Origin: Firmicutes bacterium CAG:170
Lineage (GTDB): Bacteria > Bacillota > Clostridia > Oscillospirales > Oscillospiraceae
Direction of reading: 5' to 3'
Assembly (NCBI GenBank): GCA_000436735.1
Contig: FR887093.1
Coordinates: 1 to 53,919, forward strand
DNA: 53,919 nt
Made by a program: the position numbers and the translations under genes. Positions 1 to 9,383 of the stretch are shown here, in pieces. Within the stretch, counting starts at the first letter, position 1, and the number at the start of each line of letters is the position of its first letter. The notes under the pieces are model-generated. The model had not been told where the DNA came from. It saw only the letters and a program-made list of their open reading frames with translations, and ran no database searches.

Positions 1-250
1 CTCCGGTGCGGCGATTCAGGAAGCCGTAGACGCAGCCGTCGAGGAATACATCGCTTGGCAGTCCGGCAAGCTCGGCCGCGATATTAACCCGGATAAGCTG
101 CGCGACCTCCTGTTCCACACGGGCGTCAAGCGGATCGTGCTGCGCTCCCCGACCTACAAGGTGCTGGAGGGCGGCAAAAACAACGCCGCGCCGCAGATTG
201 CAAAGCTGGGAACGAAAACAATCGTGAACGGAGGCTACGAGGATGAATGA
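1..250 (+). CDS. Baseplate J-like protein, C-terminal part (5' end outside window start)
   Basis: Frame 2 reads SGAAIQEAVDAAVEEYIAWQSGKLGRDINPDKL...VNGGYEDE*, a typical gpJ C-terminus. It overlaps the next gene, and the N-terminal part is at the window end. Confidence 0.85.
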   Translation, partial: SGAAIQEAVDAAVEEYIAWQSGKLGRDINPDKLRDLLFHTGVKRIVLRSPTYKVLEGGKNNAAPQIAKLGTKTIVNGGYEDE

Positions 251-911
251 GCAGTACGGCCTCACGGTTGAGAACCTGCTGAACGTCCTCCCCGATGTGC
301 TGCGGCAGGATGAAAAAATGCTCGCGCTCGCAACCGGCGTCGCGGAGATCCTGACGGCGCGGCCGGCCGAGATTGAGCAGAATATGCTCTATCAGCACAT
401 CGACACTCTGCCAGAAGATCTTCTCGACCAGCTTGCGCACGACTTCGGCGTAAGCTGGTGGGACAACGACTGGGATATTGAGCAGAAGCGCGCCACGTTC
501 CGCGAGTCCTGGCACGTTCGCCGTCACCTCGGCACGAAGTACGCCGTCGAGCTGGCGTTGTCCACCTCGTTCGGCTCCGGTAAGGTGCAGGAATGGTTTG
601 AATATGGCGGCGAGCCGAATCACTATCGCATCTTTGACGTTGACATCAGACAGGTCAACGACAATATCCGCACGTTCCTGCAGATCCTCGAAGTTGTCAG
701 CCGTAAGAGCGCGGTGCTGGACAGTATTCGTGCAATTTCCGTCCGTGAGCTGATTCTGTACTTCGGCGCGGTTATGAGCGTCACGAAGAAATTCAAGCTC
801 ACCACGGGCGAGGTCAATACGGACATTGACATCATGGGCGACGAAGCCGGGAACGCCCTGTGCGACTGGGACGGCGGTCTGATTATGATAGATAAGGAGG
901 CAACGGTATGA
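243..911 (+). CDS. Phage tail protein I (P2 gpI-like baseplate wedge)
   Basis: IDTLPEDLLDQLAHDF, HLGTKYAVE and EWFEYGGEPNHYRI motifs; follows gpJ. Confidence 0.85.
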   Translation: MNEQYGLTVENLLNVLPDVLRQDEKMLALATGVAEILTARPAEIEQNMLYQHIDTLPEDLLDQLAHDFGVSWWDNDWDIEQKRATFRESWHVRRHLGTKYAVELALSTSFGSGKVQEWFEYGGEPNHYRIFDVDIRQVNDNIRTFLQILEVVSRKSAVLDSIRAISVRELILYFGAVMSVTKKFKLTTGEVNTDIDIMGDEAGNALCDWDGGLIMIDKEATV

Positions 912-1957
912 CACACTGGTTGACCCCGGATGGGTACAACGTCATGCTTCGCGGGCTCATGGGCGACGCGATCAAATTCACACGCATCAAATACGGCAAC
1001 GGTACGCCGGGTGACGGCGCGAACGATCTGAAGAACCCGTTGCTCTCTCTGAAAATTGCTTCTGCGACGCGCAGCGAGAAGTACGTCACACTGTCTGTGT
1101 CGTTCAAGAATGTCGAGCTGGAGATCACCGGCTTCTGGGCAACCGAAATTGGCATTTACGTCGAGGACCCCGACGATTCCACGAAGGAACTCTGCTATTG
1201 CATCTGGGAGGAAACAGAGGTCGAGAAAGCCGACTATATCAACCCCAACGTCGAGCGCCTGCTTGCATCGCAGTACGACTTTGTGGTGTTCGTCAGTGAG
1301 GCCGAAAACGTGTCTGCGGCGCTCGGCGAAACGTTGGTCTACGCAACCGTTTCGGAGCTGAACAATCACAAGAACGACCATAACAATCCGCACAAGGTCA
1401 CCAAGGAGCAGATCGGCCTCGGCAATGTGGAGAACAAAGCCCTGATCGATCAGACGCCGACCTTTGTCGCGGCAAACGAGCTGTCCGACATTGCCTCCGG
1501 TGAGAAGATGGGTTCTATCCTCGGAAAGATTGCAAAGGCGCTGTCGCTGCTGAAATCGCACCTTTCCAACTTCAACAATCCGCATAAGGTAAAAGCCGCC
1601 GATATTGGCGCCGCTGCGTCGAAGCACTCGCACAACGCAAATGACATCAACGATGGCACGGTCATTGTGCAGCGCGGTGGTACTGGCCGCAACGAGTGGA
1701 CGAAGAACTGCATCGTTTTCGCGGACGGTGAGAAATCGCTTGGGCAGGTCTCGGCACCATCGGAGGTTTCGCTTCTGGCGCAGGGGCCTGATTCCGCCCC
1801 TGTCTTTATGAAGTTGTCCAGTCTGGCGTTGTTTGTCACCGGCAACACGCCGCCGACGCAGAAGAATCTTTTCTGGATTGATCCGACGCCTGTTACCGGC
1901 GGCTTGAAGTATTGGAACGGCACCGACTGGGAGCACGTTCCTGTTGCTTATTCTTGA
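908..1957 (+). CDS. Tail fibre / tail-collar fibre protein
   Basis: N-terminus with LTPDG..IKFTRIKYGNG..EIGIY; two NNPHKV repeats (HNNPHKVTKEQIGLGNVEN); C-terminal FWID..LKYWNGTDW; follows gpI. Confidence 0.8.
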   Translation: MTHWLTPDGYNVMLRGLMGDAIKFTRIKYGNGTPGDGANDLKNPLLSLKIASATRSEKYVTLSVSFKNVELEITGFWATEIGIYVEDPDDSTKELCYCIWEETEVEKADYINPNVERLLASQYDFVVFVSEAENVSAALGETLVYATVSELNNHKNDHNNPHKVTKEQIGLGNVENKALIDQTPTFVAANELSDIASGEKMGSILGKIAKALSLLKSHLSNFNNPHKVKAADIGAAASKHSHNANDINDGTVIVQRGGTGRNEWTKNCIVFADGEKSLGQVSAPSEVSLLAQGPDSAPVFMKLSSLALFVTGNTPPTQKNLFWIDPTPVTGGLKYWNGTDWEHVPVAYS

Positions 1958-1975
1958 TCTTAGGAGGACTCTCGC

Positions 1976-2269
1976 ATGAAAATTCAGATTGAAGCCGAAC
2001 TGTCCAATTACATCGAATCCCTGCATTATGACCGTAATTCCATTCAGGAGCTGCTGCTCATGGCGGCAAAGCAGGGCTTGAAGGACACCGACGCATACAA
2101 CGCATGGATGAAGGACTACCTCGGCAAGAGCAAGGAATACGAGATCGCAAAAGCGACGCTGGAACGTGAGTTTATCATTCCTGCCGTCGGCAATGCAGCG
2201 GTTGACTGGGTGCTTGATTTCTCGACCGCCACGGTGACGGTGACGCCGCGGGAGCAGACCGATGACTAG
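1976..2269 (+). CDS. Small accessory protein of a CXXX-repeat peptide modification system
   Basis: 97 aa with GGAGGA RBS, overlapping the rSAM start. Helical body with C-terminal WVLDFSTATV, resembling the CXXX-repeat-associated family as I recall it. Confidence 0.55.
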   Translation: MKIQIEAELSNYIESLHYDRNSIQELLLMAAKQGLKDTDAYNAWMKDYLGKSKEYEIAKATLEREFIIPAVGNAAVDWVLDFSTATVTVTPREQTDD

Positions 2270-3578
2270 GCCACAGGAAACCTTCACCGATATGCTGGCG
2301 CGGCTTTTCCCCATGCCGGGTATCCAGCTTGGCATCAACTCGCCGCACTCCAAGTGCATTACATTTCAGGTGACGGAAGACTGCAACCTGCGCTGCAGCT
2401 ACTGCTATCAGGGCTGCAAGACGCACCGGAAGATGTCGCTTGAAACCGCCAAGGCCGCCGTCGATATGCTGCTCGCCGCAGACGAGCGGACAAATCAGTA
2501 CATCACGTCCACGGAGGTTGCCGGGGTCGTTCTTGACTTTATCGGCGGTGAGCCGCTGCTGGAAGTCGAGCTGATCGACCAGATCCTCGACTACTTCGTG
2601 GCGCAGACCTTCCGCCTGCATCATCCATGGGCGACGCGCTGGAAAGCGTCGATGTCCACAAACGGAACGCTGTACTTCCGCCCGGAGGTACAGCGGTTTT
2701 TGGATAAGTGGGCAAAGCACCTGTCGCTCTCCATCAGCATTGACGGAGATAAGCAGCTCCACGATTCCTGCCGCGTCTTCCCGGACGGCTCTGGCAGCTA
2801 TGATCTTGCTATCGCGGCCGCGAAGGATTACATGACCAAGGGAAACGCCCTTGGCTCGAAGATGACGATTGCTCCCGGCAACGTCGATTATCTGTACCAC
2901 GCAGTAATCGGTCTGCTGGACGCGGGGTATCGGGCGATCAATCTGAACTGCGTTTACGAAAAGGGCTGGACGCTCGACAATGCGGCTACACTCTACACAC
3001 AGCTCAAACGGCTCGCCGATTTCGTCCTGCTCTCGGACGAGCAGCCGTATCTGTCGATCTTCAGCGAAAGCATCGGCCATCCGCTTCCGGAGGACGATAA
3101 TCAGAACTGGTGCGGCGGTACGGGGCTTATGCTGGCGGTTGACTGCGATGGCCTGTTCTTCCCGTGCCTGCGCTACATGGGAACCTCCCTCGGCCATGAG
3201 CAGCGGCCCTATACCATCGGCGATCTGGAACACGGCATCAACGTTCTTCCGGAACATCGGGCGCGGGTGGCAGAAATGGCCGCAGTCACGCGGCGCAGCC
3301 AGTCCACCGACGAATGCTTTGCGTGCCCGATCGCGTCCGGCTGCTCTTGGTGCAGCGCGTACAACTACCAATGCACAGGGACTCCGGATAAGCGCGTGAC
3401 GTACATCTGCCCGATGCACAAGGCCCGCGTCCTGGCGAACGCCTACTACTGGAACAATCTGTACCGAAAACGCGGCGACACCGCACGTTACCGGTTGGAT
3501 ATTCCGGACGCATGGGCGCTTGAAATCATCCCCTATGCAGAGCTGTCAATACTCAAATCAATCTCCAAGGAGGGCTGA
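2262..3578 (+). CDS. Radical SAM/SPASM peptide maturase, CXXX-repeat target type
   Basis: [16 protein letters not shown] (CX3CX2C), [22 protein letters not shown] cysteines [29 protein letters not shown]. Confidence 0.92.
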   Translation: MTRPQETFTDMLARLFPMPGIQLGINSPHSKCITFQVTEDCNLRCSYCYQGCKTHRKMSLETAKAAVDMLLAADERTNQYITSTEVAGVVLDFIGGEPLLEVELIDQILDYFVAQTFRLHHPWATRWKASMSTNGTLYFRPEVQRFLDKWAKHLSLSISIDGDKQLHDSCRVFPDGSGSYDLAIAAAKDYMTKGNALGSKMTIAPGNVDYLYHAVIGLLDAGYRAINLNCVYEKGWTLDNAATLYTQLKRLADFVLLSDEQPYLSIFSESIGHPLPEDDNQNWCGGTGLMLAVDCDGLFFPCLRYMGTSLGHEQRPYTIGDLEHGINVLPEHRARVAEMAAVTRRSQSTDECFACPIASGCSWCSAYNYQCTGTPDKRVTYICPMHKARVLANAYYWNNLYRKRGDTARYRLDIPDAWALEIIPYAELSILKSISKEG

Positions 3579-3580
3579 GT

Positions 3581-4303
3581 ATGGCATATATCGAGGCCGA
3601 ACGCTTCGCCGAATTGAAAGCGCGTGTCAAGGCCGAGTGCCTGCGGCGCTGCCATACCGGATCTGTTGCGGAATACGGCGGCGAAAAATACGAATACACG
3701 AACAGCCCCACCGAAGATCACACGGTCGATGTGGAGCACTACGAAAAGCTGGCACTTCCTCTGTCGAAGATCCACAGCGAGAAAGTGCCGAGCCTCGACG
3801 GCCGCAGAATCGTGTTTGACGAGGACATCACCGAGTTTGAAGCAGCGTTGACCCTCTTTGAAACACGCCCCATGACGGACAAGACGCGGGGTGACTGCGA
3901 AACTTCCTGCACGGGTGCTTGCTACACCGGCTGCTCTGGCGACTGCACAGGCGGCTGCGAAACAACGTGCTCCGGAGAGTGTCAAGGTTCCTGCACCGGC
4001 TGCGGAAGTGGCTGTGCGAACACCTGCGAAGGCTCCTGCTCCGGCGGCTGCTATGGCTGCGGCGGCAACTGCACGGGAGGCTGCTCTGGCTCCTGTGATG
4101 GTAGCTGCTCTGGTTGCTCTGGTTCCTGTTCTGGCGGCTGTTCCAGCAGTTGTTCTGGCGGCTGCAAATCGTCCTGCACAGTGACCTGCGGCAACACTGG
4201 CTGCGTCGGCTCGTGCCTTGGCCTTTGTTCTGCCGGCTGCACGACTTCGTGCCAGACGTCCTGCGGCTATTGCGGCACAAACTGCACAGCCGTATCGAAG
4301 TAA
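3581..4303 (+). CDS. Cys-rich CXXX-repeat protein, putative rSAM substrate
   Basis: About 105-aa N-terminal domain followed by 34 Cys in mostly C-x3 spacing with G/S/T fillers; starts 2 nt after the rSAM stop. Confidence 0.88.
   Translation: MAYIEAERFAELKARVKAECLRRCHTGSVAEYGGEKYEYTNSPTEDHTVDVEHYEKLALPLSKIHSEKVPSLDGRRIVFDEDITEFEAALTLFETRPMTDKTRGDCETSCTGACYTGCSGDCTGGCETTCSGECQGSCTGCGSGCANTCEGSCSGGCYGCGGNCTGGCSGSCDGSCSGCSGSCSGGCSSSCSGGCKSSCTVTCGNTGCVGSCLGLCSAGCTTSCQTSCGYCGTNCTAVSK
3896..4290 (+). repeat. Degenerate 12-nt (CXXX codon) tandem repeat
   Basis: Recurrent TGC/TGT every 4 (sometimes 3 or 5) codons, e.g. TGCTCTGGCTCC-like units. Confidence 0.8.
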
Positions 4304-4315
4304 GGAGGTAGCCCT

Positions 4316-4864
4316 TTGGAAATTGCAAGTAAATACGAAATTGCTGCGGCGAACCTTGCAATCGCTTTACAGACGGACACGGTTTCCGTCGAGCAGCGAA
4401 GTGAGCTGCGAGCGGCAATCGGCAGCAGCATCGACAAACTCGTCGACGCGCTCAACATGATTATCGTCTGCTACAACAAGCGAATGTACGCTGGCGAGAT
4501 CGCGCCCGAAAAAGCCGCAAAGTGCGTCAAGGCAGAATACGCCGCCATCGGCCTTTCCAACGTGGTCGCATACGATTATTTCTCCGCGGCGGTCGGCGCG
4601 TTCTTCACGCGCAAAACCCTGATGGCGCTGTCGACCGATGAAAAGCTCGCGTGGGTGAAAACAATCTTCGAGCAGAACGAACGCTGCGGCTGTCAGCGCG
4701 TCAAAGACGCTCTGTTCATCTACTGCTTGCGGCTGCTGTCTCACATGGGCATCGTCACGGCGGATCTCTCTTTCACGAACCTTGTCATGCGTGAGATCAA
4801 CGCCATCACGGAAGACCGAAAGAACGCCGCGATCATGCCGCAGGCGCTCGTCACAGAATTGTAA
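4316..4864 (+). CDS. Hypothetical helical protein (last gene of the rSAM cluster)
   Basis: 182 aa, TTG start after AAGGAGGT RBS; no recognised motif. Confidence 0.6.
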   Translation: MEIASKYEIAAANLAIALQTDTVSVEQRSELRAAIGSSIDKLVDALNMIIVCYNKRMYAGEIAPEKAAKCVKAEYAAIGLSNVVAYDYFSAAVGAFFTRKTLMALSTDEKLAWVKTIFEQNERCGCQRVKDALFIYCLRLLSHMGIVTADLSFTNLVMREINAITEDRKNAAIMPQALVTEL

Positions 4865-4875
4865 GGGGTGATCGT

Positions 4876-5919
4876 ATGGCAGTAGAAAACGTAAATTCCA
4901 AGCCGATTGCCGCCTCTGCGGCAATTGCCGACTTTATCCTCGCATCGATCGGCGGCAAGGTACGCCGTGTTCCGATCAGCACCCTTGCTGAAACGCTCAC
5001 CGACGCCGAAGTTGAGCTTATCAGCGCCGCTGCGTCCGCGCTGGTGTCGGCTGCGGGCAGAGCCTGCTATATCGGCGAAAATGAAAACTGGTACGTGTGG
5101 GATGGCGCACAGGGCGCATTTGTCGATTCAGGCTATCCATCGCGCGGCACGCAGGGCAATCCTGGCGTAATCTTTACGCCACACGTGACCGACGCCGGTA
5201 TTCTGAGCTGGACGAACGACGGCGGTCTTCCGAATCCGGAGCCCGTGAGCCTGCTCGGACCCGCGGGCGGTGTAACTTCGTTCAATAACCGCTCCGGTGC
5301 AGTTATTCCGAAAAACGGCGACTATACCGCAGCGATGGTCGGAGCGGAAAAGAAAGACGCCGTCAAGAATCACAACGAGTCCGAGGCCGCACACAAAGCC
5401 CTGTTCGACGCGAAACTGAATACGGACGGCGACGGCGGCACTCTGAAACCCACCTTCACGCAGTCCGCGACGCGAACGCAGCTCGAATCCGGTCTGGAAA
5501 TGAAAGTCCTTCTCGGTCGCATTATGAAGTGGCTTGCGGATCTCGGAACAGCCGCGTTCAAAGATTCCAACAACTTTGAATCGAAAGGCGCTGGTTCGTC
5601 CGCAGTTACCGCGCACAACACCGCTGCGCAGGCCCACGCTGACCTGTTTGCAAAAAAAGCCGGCAAGGGCATCGCGTTCACGCTCACACTTTCTGTCGCA
5701 GGATGGTCGAACCTTGCACAGACGCTGGAAGACGCGCGCTTCCTTGACGCCGAGTATGCCTATATCGTGACGCCGACGGCCGACAGCCTCACGGCGTGGG
5801 GCGACGCAGGAATCCGCGTCGGTGACGTTACGGAGAACGGCAAAATGCCGTTTACCTGCACAGATACGCCGGCAAGCGCAATCACAGTAAATATTTACAG
5901 AGCGGAGGTCGCACAATGA
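4876..5919 (+). CDS. Tail fibre-associated protein
   Basis: NWYVWDG..VDSG..GTQGNPG, LSWTNDGGLPNPEPV, VTSFNNRSGAV and HN..AH repeats typical of fibre proteins. Confidence 0.7.
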   Translation: MAVENVNSKPIAASAAIADFILASIGGKVRRVPISTLAETLTDAEVELISAAASALVSAAGRACYIGENENWYVWDGAQGAFVDSGYPSRGTQGNPGVIFTPHVTDAGILSWTNDGGLPNPEPVSLLGPAGGVTSFNNRSGAVIPKNGDYTAAMVGAEKKDAVKNHNESEAAHKALFDAKLNTDGDGGTLKPTFTQSATRTQLESGLEMKVLLGRIMKWLADLGTAAFKDSNNFESKGAGSSAVTAHNTAAQAHADLFAKKAGKGIAFTLTLSVAGWSNLAQTLEDARFLDAEYAYIVTPTADSLTAWGDAGIRVGDVTENGKMPFTCTDTPASAITVNIYRAEVAQ

Positions 5920-7787
5920 GCAAAGTATTTCAGATGCTCGGCGGAAGCGGCGGCAGTATCAAGCTCGCGTCCATTGAGATCACAACGCCGCCCACAAAGA
6001 CCGCCTACAAGGCTGGTGAGCAGTTTTCGACGGCTGGCATGATTGTCAAGGCGACGTATTCCAACGGCGCCACGCTGATTGCAACAGGCGTTTCGGTCGA
6101 GCCGAGCGGCGGTCTGGAAGCAGGCCGCACCAGCGTCACGATCCGCTACACCGAGGGCGGCGTTTCCTGCACCGCGACGCAGGCCGTCACCGTCACCAAG
6201 ACGAACGTGACCGTGCCGAGCCAGAGCGGCAGCCTGACGTATTCGGGCAGCTCTCAAAGCCCGGCGTGGTACAACTACGATGCGGCAAAGATGACGCTCG
6301 GCGGCACGACCAGCGGCACGAACGCCGGCACATACAGCGCAAAATTTACGCTGAAAGATACGGCGCTCTACCAGTGGGCAGACGGCACGACGGTGCCGAA
6401 AACTGTCTCGTGGAAGATCGGCAAAGCGGATGGCTCACTGACGCTCAGCAAGACTTCGATCAAGCTGGAAGACGGAAAGCTGACAGATTCTTTCACGGTC
6501 ACACGGCTTGGCACAGGAACAATCACAGCCGTGTCCAACCGCCCCGATATTGCCAGTGTTTCCATTTCGGGAAATATTGTGACCGTCCACAGCGTCGATG
6601 AAAACTCCGGCACGGTTACGATCACGGTTTCCGTTGCCAGCGACACGAACTACAACGCGCCGGCAAGCAAGACCTGCACCGTGTCGTGCGTGTTCGTGAC
6701 AATCTTCGGCGTCTGCTGGACGTACAGCAACTCCTCTCCGGCTCTTTCCCGCCTGACGCCGAGCAACGACCCGAACGGCTATGTCAATGCCGCCGTGTCC
6801 TCGGAGCCGAGCGCGGCCATCGGCACAGGCGCTGGCAGCTCGCCGTTTGATGATTTCATGCCGTGGCAGGGCATGGAAGAATACAACATCATCAACGGCG
6901 CGGTGTCGTACAAGAAAGGCCAGTCCGGATTCTCCCGCACGTCCTACGATACGATGGTCTTTATCCCTGAGTTTTACTACAAGATCGTCTATAACAGCAG
7001 CCAGAGCAAGATCTATTACTACGTTGCAAACGCGCCGTTCACCGGCTTTGCCAAGCACCCCGGTTCCGGTCGCTATGTTGGACGATACAATACGATCTCC
7101 GGCTATGCTTCCAAATCTGGCGCAAATCCACTGACAAACATCACACGCGCCACAGCCCGCACAAACTCCCGGAAAAAGGGCAGCAAGTGGCAGCAGTACG
7201 ATTATGCGTCGTGGTGCGCGGTCTGGCTGCTCTATCTCGTCGAGTATGCAAACTGGGACAGCCAGAGCAAGATCGGCAACGGTATTGTCGGCAATTCCTC
7301 GCTGCAGAAGACGGGTACGACGGACAGCATGACCTACCACACCGGCACGGTCGCTTCCGCCAGGACAGGCTATGGCGGCGTACAGTATCGCGGCATTGAA
7401 AACCCGTGGGGCAATGTCTATGACTGGATTGACGGCATCAACTTCAACAACCGTGCGGCTTATATCTGCACCGATCCGTCGAAGTACGCAGACGATACGT
7501 CCACCAACTACACGGCGGCTGGGCTCAGCCTGCCGAGCAGCGGCAATATCAAAACGCTCGGAAACTGCACGGCCCTCCCATGGGCATTTATTCCGACGGG
7601 AACCGGTGGCAGCGGCACGACCTACGTGCCAGACTACGTGAGCTCGAATTCTGGCTGGTGTGTTCTCTGCGTCGGCGGCTACTGCAGGAATGATGCTGCG
7701 TACTGCGGCCTGTTCTTTTTCAATGGCTTCTACTATTCGTCCTACGCGTACTCGAACATCGGCGCGCGCCTCCTTTACGTCCCCTAA
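5916..7787 (+). CDS. DGR target: Ig-like domains plus C-terminal CLec-type receptor-binding domain
   Basis: N-terminal bacterial Ig-like (SIEITTPPTKTAYKAGEQF..VKATYSNG); GIENPWGNVYDW; ends SNIGARLLYVP; VR at its 3' end. Confidence 0.9.
   Translation: MSKVFQMLGGSGGSIKLASIEITTPPTKTAYKAGEQFSTAGMIVKATYSNGATLIATGVSVEPSGGLEAGRTSVTIRYTEGGVSCTATQAVTVTKTNVTVPSQSGSLTYSGSSQSPAWYNYDAAKMTLGGTTSGTNAGTYSAKFTLKDTALYQWADGTTVPKTVSWKIGKADGSLTLSKTSIKLEDGKLTDSFTVTRLGTGTITAVSNRPDIASVSISGNIVTVHSVDENSGTVTITVSVASDTNYNAPASKTCTVSCVFVTIFGVCWTYSNSSPALSRLTPSNDPNGYVNAAVSSEPSAAIGTGAGSSPFDDFMPWQGMEEYNIINGAVSYKKGQSGFSRTSYDTMVFIPEFYYKIVYNSSQSKIYYYVANAPFTGFAKHPGSGRYVGRYNTISGYASKSGANPLTNITRATARTNSRKKGSKWQQYDYASWCAVWLLYLVEYANWDSQSKIGNGIVGNSSLQKTGTTDSMTYHTGTVASARTGYGGVQYRGIENPWGNVYDWIDGINFNNRAAYICTDPSKYADDTSTNYTAAGLSLPSSGNIKTLGNCTALPWAFIPTGTGGSGTTYVPDYVSSNSGWCVLCVGGYCRNDAAYCGLFFFNGFYYSSYAYSNIGARLLYVP
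7636..7771 (+). repeat. DGR variable repeat (VR)
   Basis: 136-nt gapless match to 8016-8151 with 8 mismatches, all opposite A in the TR. Confidence 0.96.
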
Positions 7788-7892
7788 TGGGGGACCGGGG
7801 GCCGCAGCCCCCGTGGGCTTCCGTTTTCAGAGCGGCACGTTTTACGCTCTGGCGCGGCAGCGCCATTCCCTATATATCCGCGCGAAGCGCGG
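7779..7892 (+). promoter_or_regulatory. GC-rich hairpins downstream of VR (putative DGR homing elements)
   Basis: GTCCCC-TAATG-GGGGAC (7779-7795), CGGGGGC-CGCA-GCCCCCG (7796-7813) and CCGCGC-GAA-GCGCGG (7878-7892). Confidence 0.65.
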
Positions 7893-8015
7893 CGCGTATA
7901 TTTTTTCAAAATAACGCATTTCGTTATTTTCTCCCGTTTTCAGACCTTCTCAGCGCATAGACAGTATAATTCTCGACGGGATTGCCTGCGCAGCTTGTGC
8001 GGTGCTTTGGGCTTC

Positions 8016-8151
8016 ACGTGAACTCGAATTCTGGCTGGTGTGTTCTCTGCGTCGGCGGCTACTACAGGAATGATGCTGCGAACTGCGGCCTGTTCTTTTT
8101 CAATGGCAACTACAATTCGTCCAACGCGAACTCGAACATCGGCGCGCGCCT
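8016..8151 (+). ncRNA. DGR template repeat (TR)
   Basis: Copy of VR with ten AAC/AAT codons in the target frame, just upstream of the RT. Confidence 0.93.
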
Positions 8152-8285
8152 ACTTGTTTGTATGCTCCATTTTTTGCGCAGGCTCTCCCTCACCGCTTGG
8201 TGGAAATATTGCCGCTACAGGACGGGCTCTAGTACGGCCGAAAGGTATCTGGAAAGACCCCGATGGCAAACAAGGAGCGAGGCAT

Positions 8286-9383
8286 ATGCCAAAAAGAAAA
8301 GGATTCCTGTATGAATGGATGTGTGACAAAGAACACATCCGCGAAGCCATTGTGTTTGGCGCGAAAGACAAACACGATCGGCGTGACGTAAGACGGGTGC
8401 TGGCCGACGTGGACGGCTTCACGGACCGCGTCTATGATCTTCTGCAGACGCAGACTTTCACCCCGGCCCAGCCGAAGAAGCGCAAGATCTTCGACAACAG
8501 CAGCCGAAAGTGGAGAGAGATCGAATACGTTCCGTTCTTCCCCGACGGCATTGTCCACACGTTGATGGTCTTGGCGGCGGCGCCGGTCTTCCTGCGCGGG
8601 ATGAATTACTGGTGCTGCGCATCAGTACCGGGACGCGGCGGAAAGCACGCGCTTCGGCGCTGCAAGCGTGTCATTCACCACGACAAAAAAGGAAGCCGGT
8701 ACGTCTGCAAAATGGACGTTCACCACTTCTACCATTCTGTCGACCGCCGCAAGCTGATCTGGATGCTGGCGCACAAGATCAAGGACAAGAAGTATCTAAA
8801 GCTGACGTGGGAGATCCTGCAAACCTGCGAACAGGGGCTGGCCATTGGCTTTTTCATCTGCCAGTGGCTCGCAAATTTCTATCTTGAGCCGCTCGACCGT
8901 TACATTACGACGCTCGACGGTGTGAAGTACAGCGTGCGATACATGGATGATATTGTCCTCTTTGGCCCGAACAAAAAGAAGCTACACCGTGCGCGGAAAG
9001 CGATTGCCGAGTATCTGCAAAAGCGGCTGCGGCTGCAGATGAAAGGTAACTGGCAGGTGTTCCCCTTAAAAGCACGGCCGCTGGATTACGTCGGGTATCG
9101 CTTTTACCGCGATTATACTACCATGCGCCGAAAAAACTTCCTGCGCTTTACGCGCCAATGCCGCAAGGTGCGCAAGAAGATCGAGCGTCACCAGCGGATC
9201 GCGTATCGGACGGCATCGGGGCTTTTGAGCCGGATCGGCCAGCTCAAGCATTGCAATTCCGCTGCGGCGCGGAAAAAGTATGTTGACCCCATCGGGGTAC
9301 GAATCTTGAAGGAGGTTGTGCGAAATGAAAGTAAGAGGCGACAATGCGCCGGCAAATGCGTTCTCGCTGGAGGAGCAGCCTGA
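8286..9383 (+). CDS. DGR reverse transcriptase
   Basis: MPKRKG start after AAGGAG; KMDVHHFYHSV, GLAIGFFICQWLANFYL, VRYMDD and LDYVGY motifs. Confidence 0.95.
   Translation: MPKRKGFLYEWMCDKEHIREAIVFGAKDKHDRRDVRRVLADVDGFTDRVYDLLQTQTFTPAQPKKRKIFDNSSRKWREIEYVPFFPDGIVHTLMVLAAAPVFLRGMNYWCCASVPGRGGKHALRRCKRVIHHDKKGSRYVCKMDVHHFYHSVDRRKLIWMLAHKIKDKKYLKLTWEILQTCEQGLAIGFFICQWLANFYLEPLDRYITTLDGVKYSVRYMDDIVLFGPNKKKLHRARKAIAEYLQKRLRLQMKGNWQVFPLKARPLDYVGYRFYRDYTTMRRKNFLRFTRQCRKVRKKIERHQRIAYRTASGLLSRIGQLKHCNSAAARKKYVDPIGVRILKEVVRNESKRRQCAGKCVLAGGAA

Noticed and set aside
2262..3578. rSAM as anaerobic sulfatase maturase, NrdG or QueE
   Set aside because: No sulfatase, NrdD or Que genes are present, and an adjacent CXXX protein is the obvious substrate.
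3896..4290. Repeats as a possible CRISPR array
   Set aside because: They are degenerate codon-level repeats in a coding frame, with no constant repeat-spacer structure.
7982..8314. 110-aa ORF similar to the target C-terminus, and the 8040 upstream extension of the RT
   Set aside because: These are translations of the TR. The RT start with an RBS is at 8286.
8286..9383. RT as group II intron, retron or Abi RT
   Set aside because: The adjacent TR/VR pair with A-only mismatches identifies a DGR.
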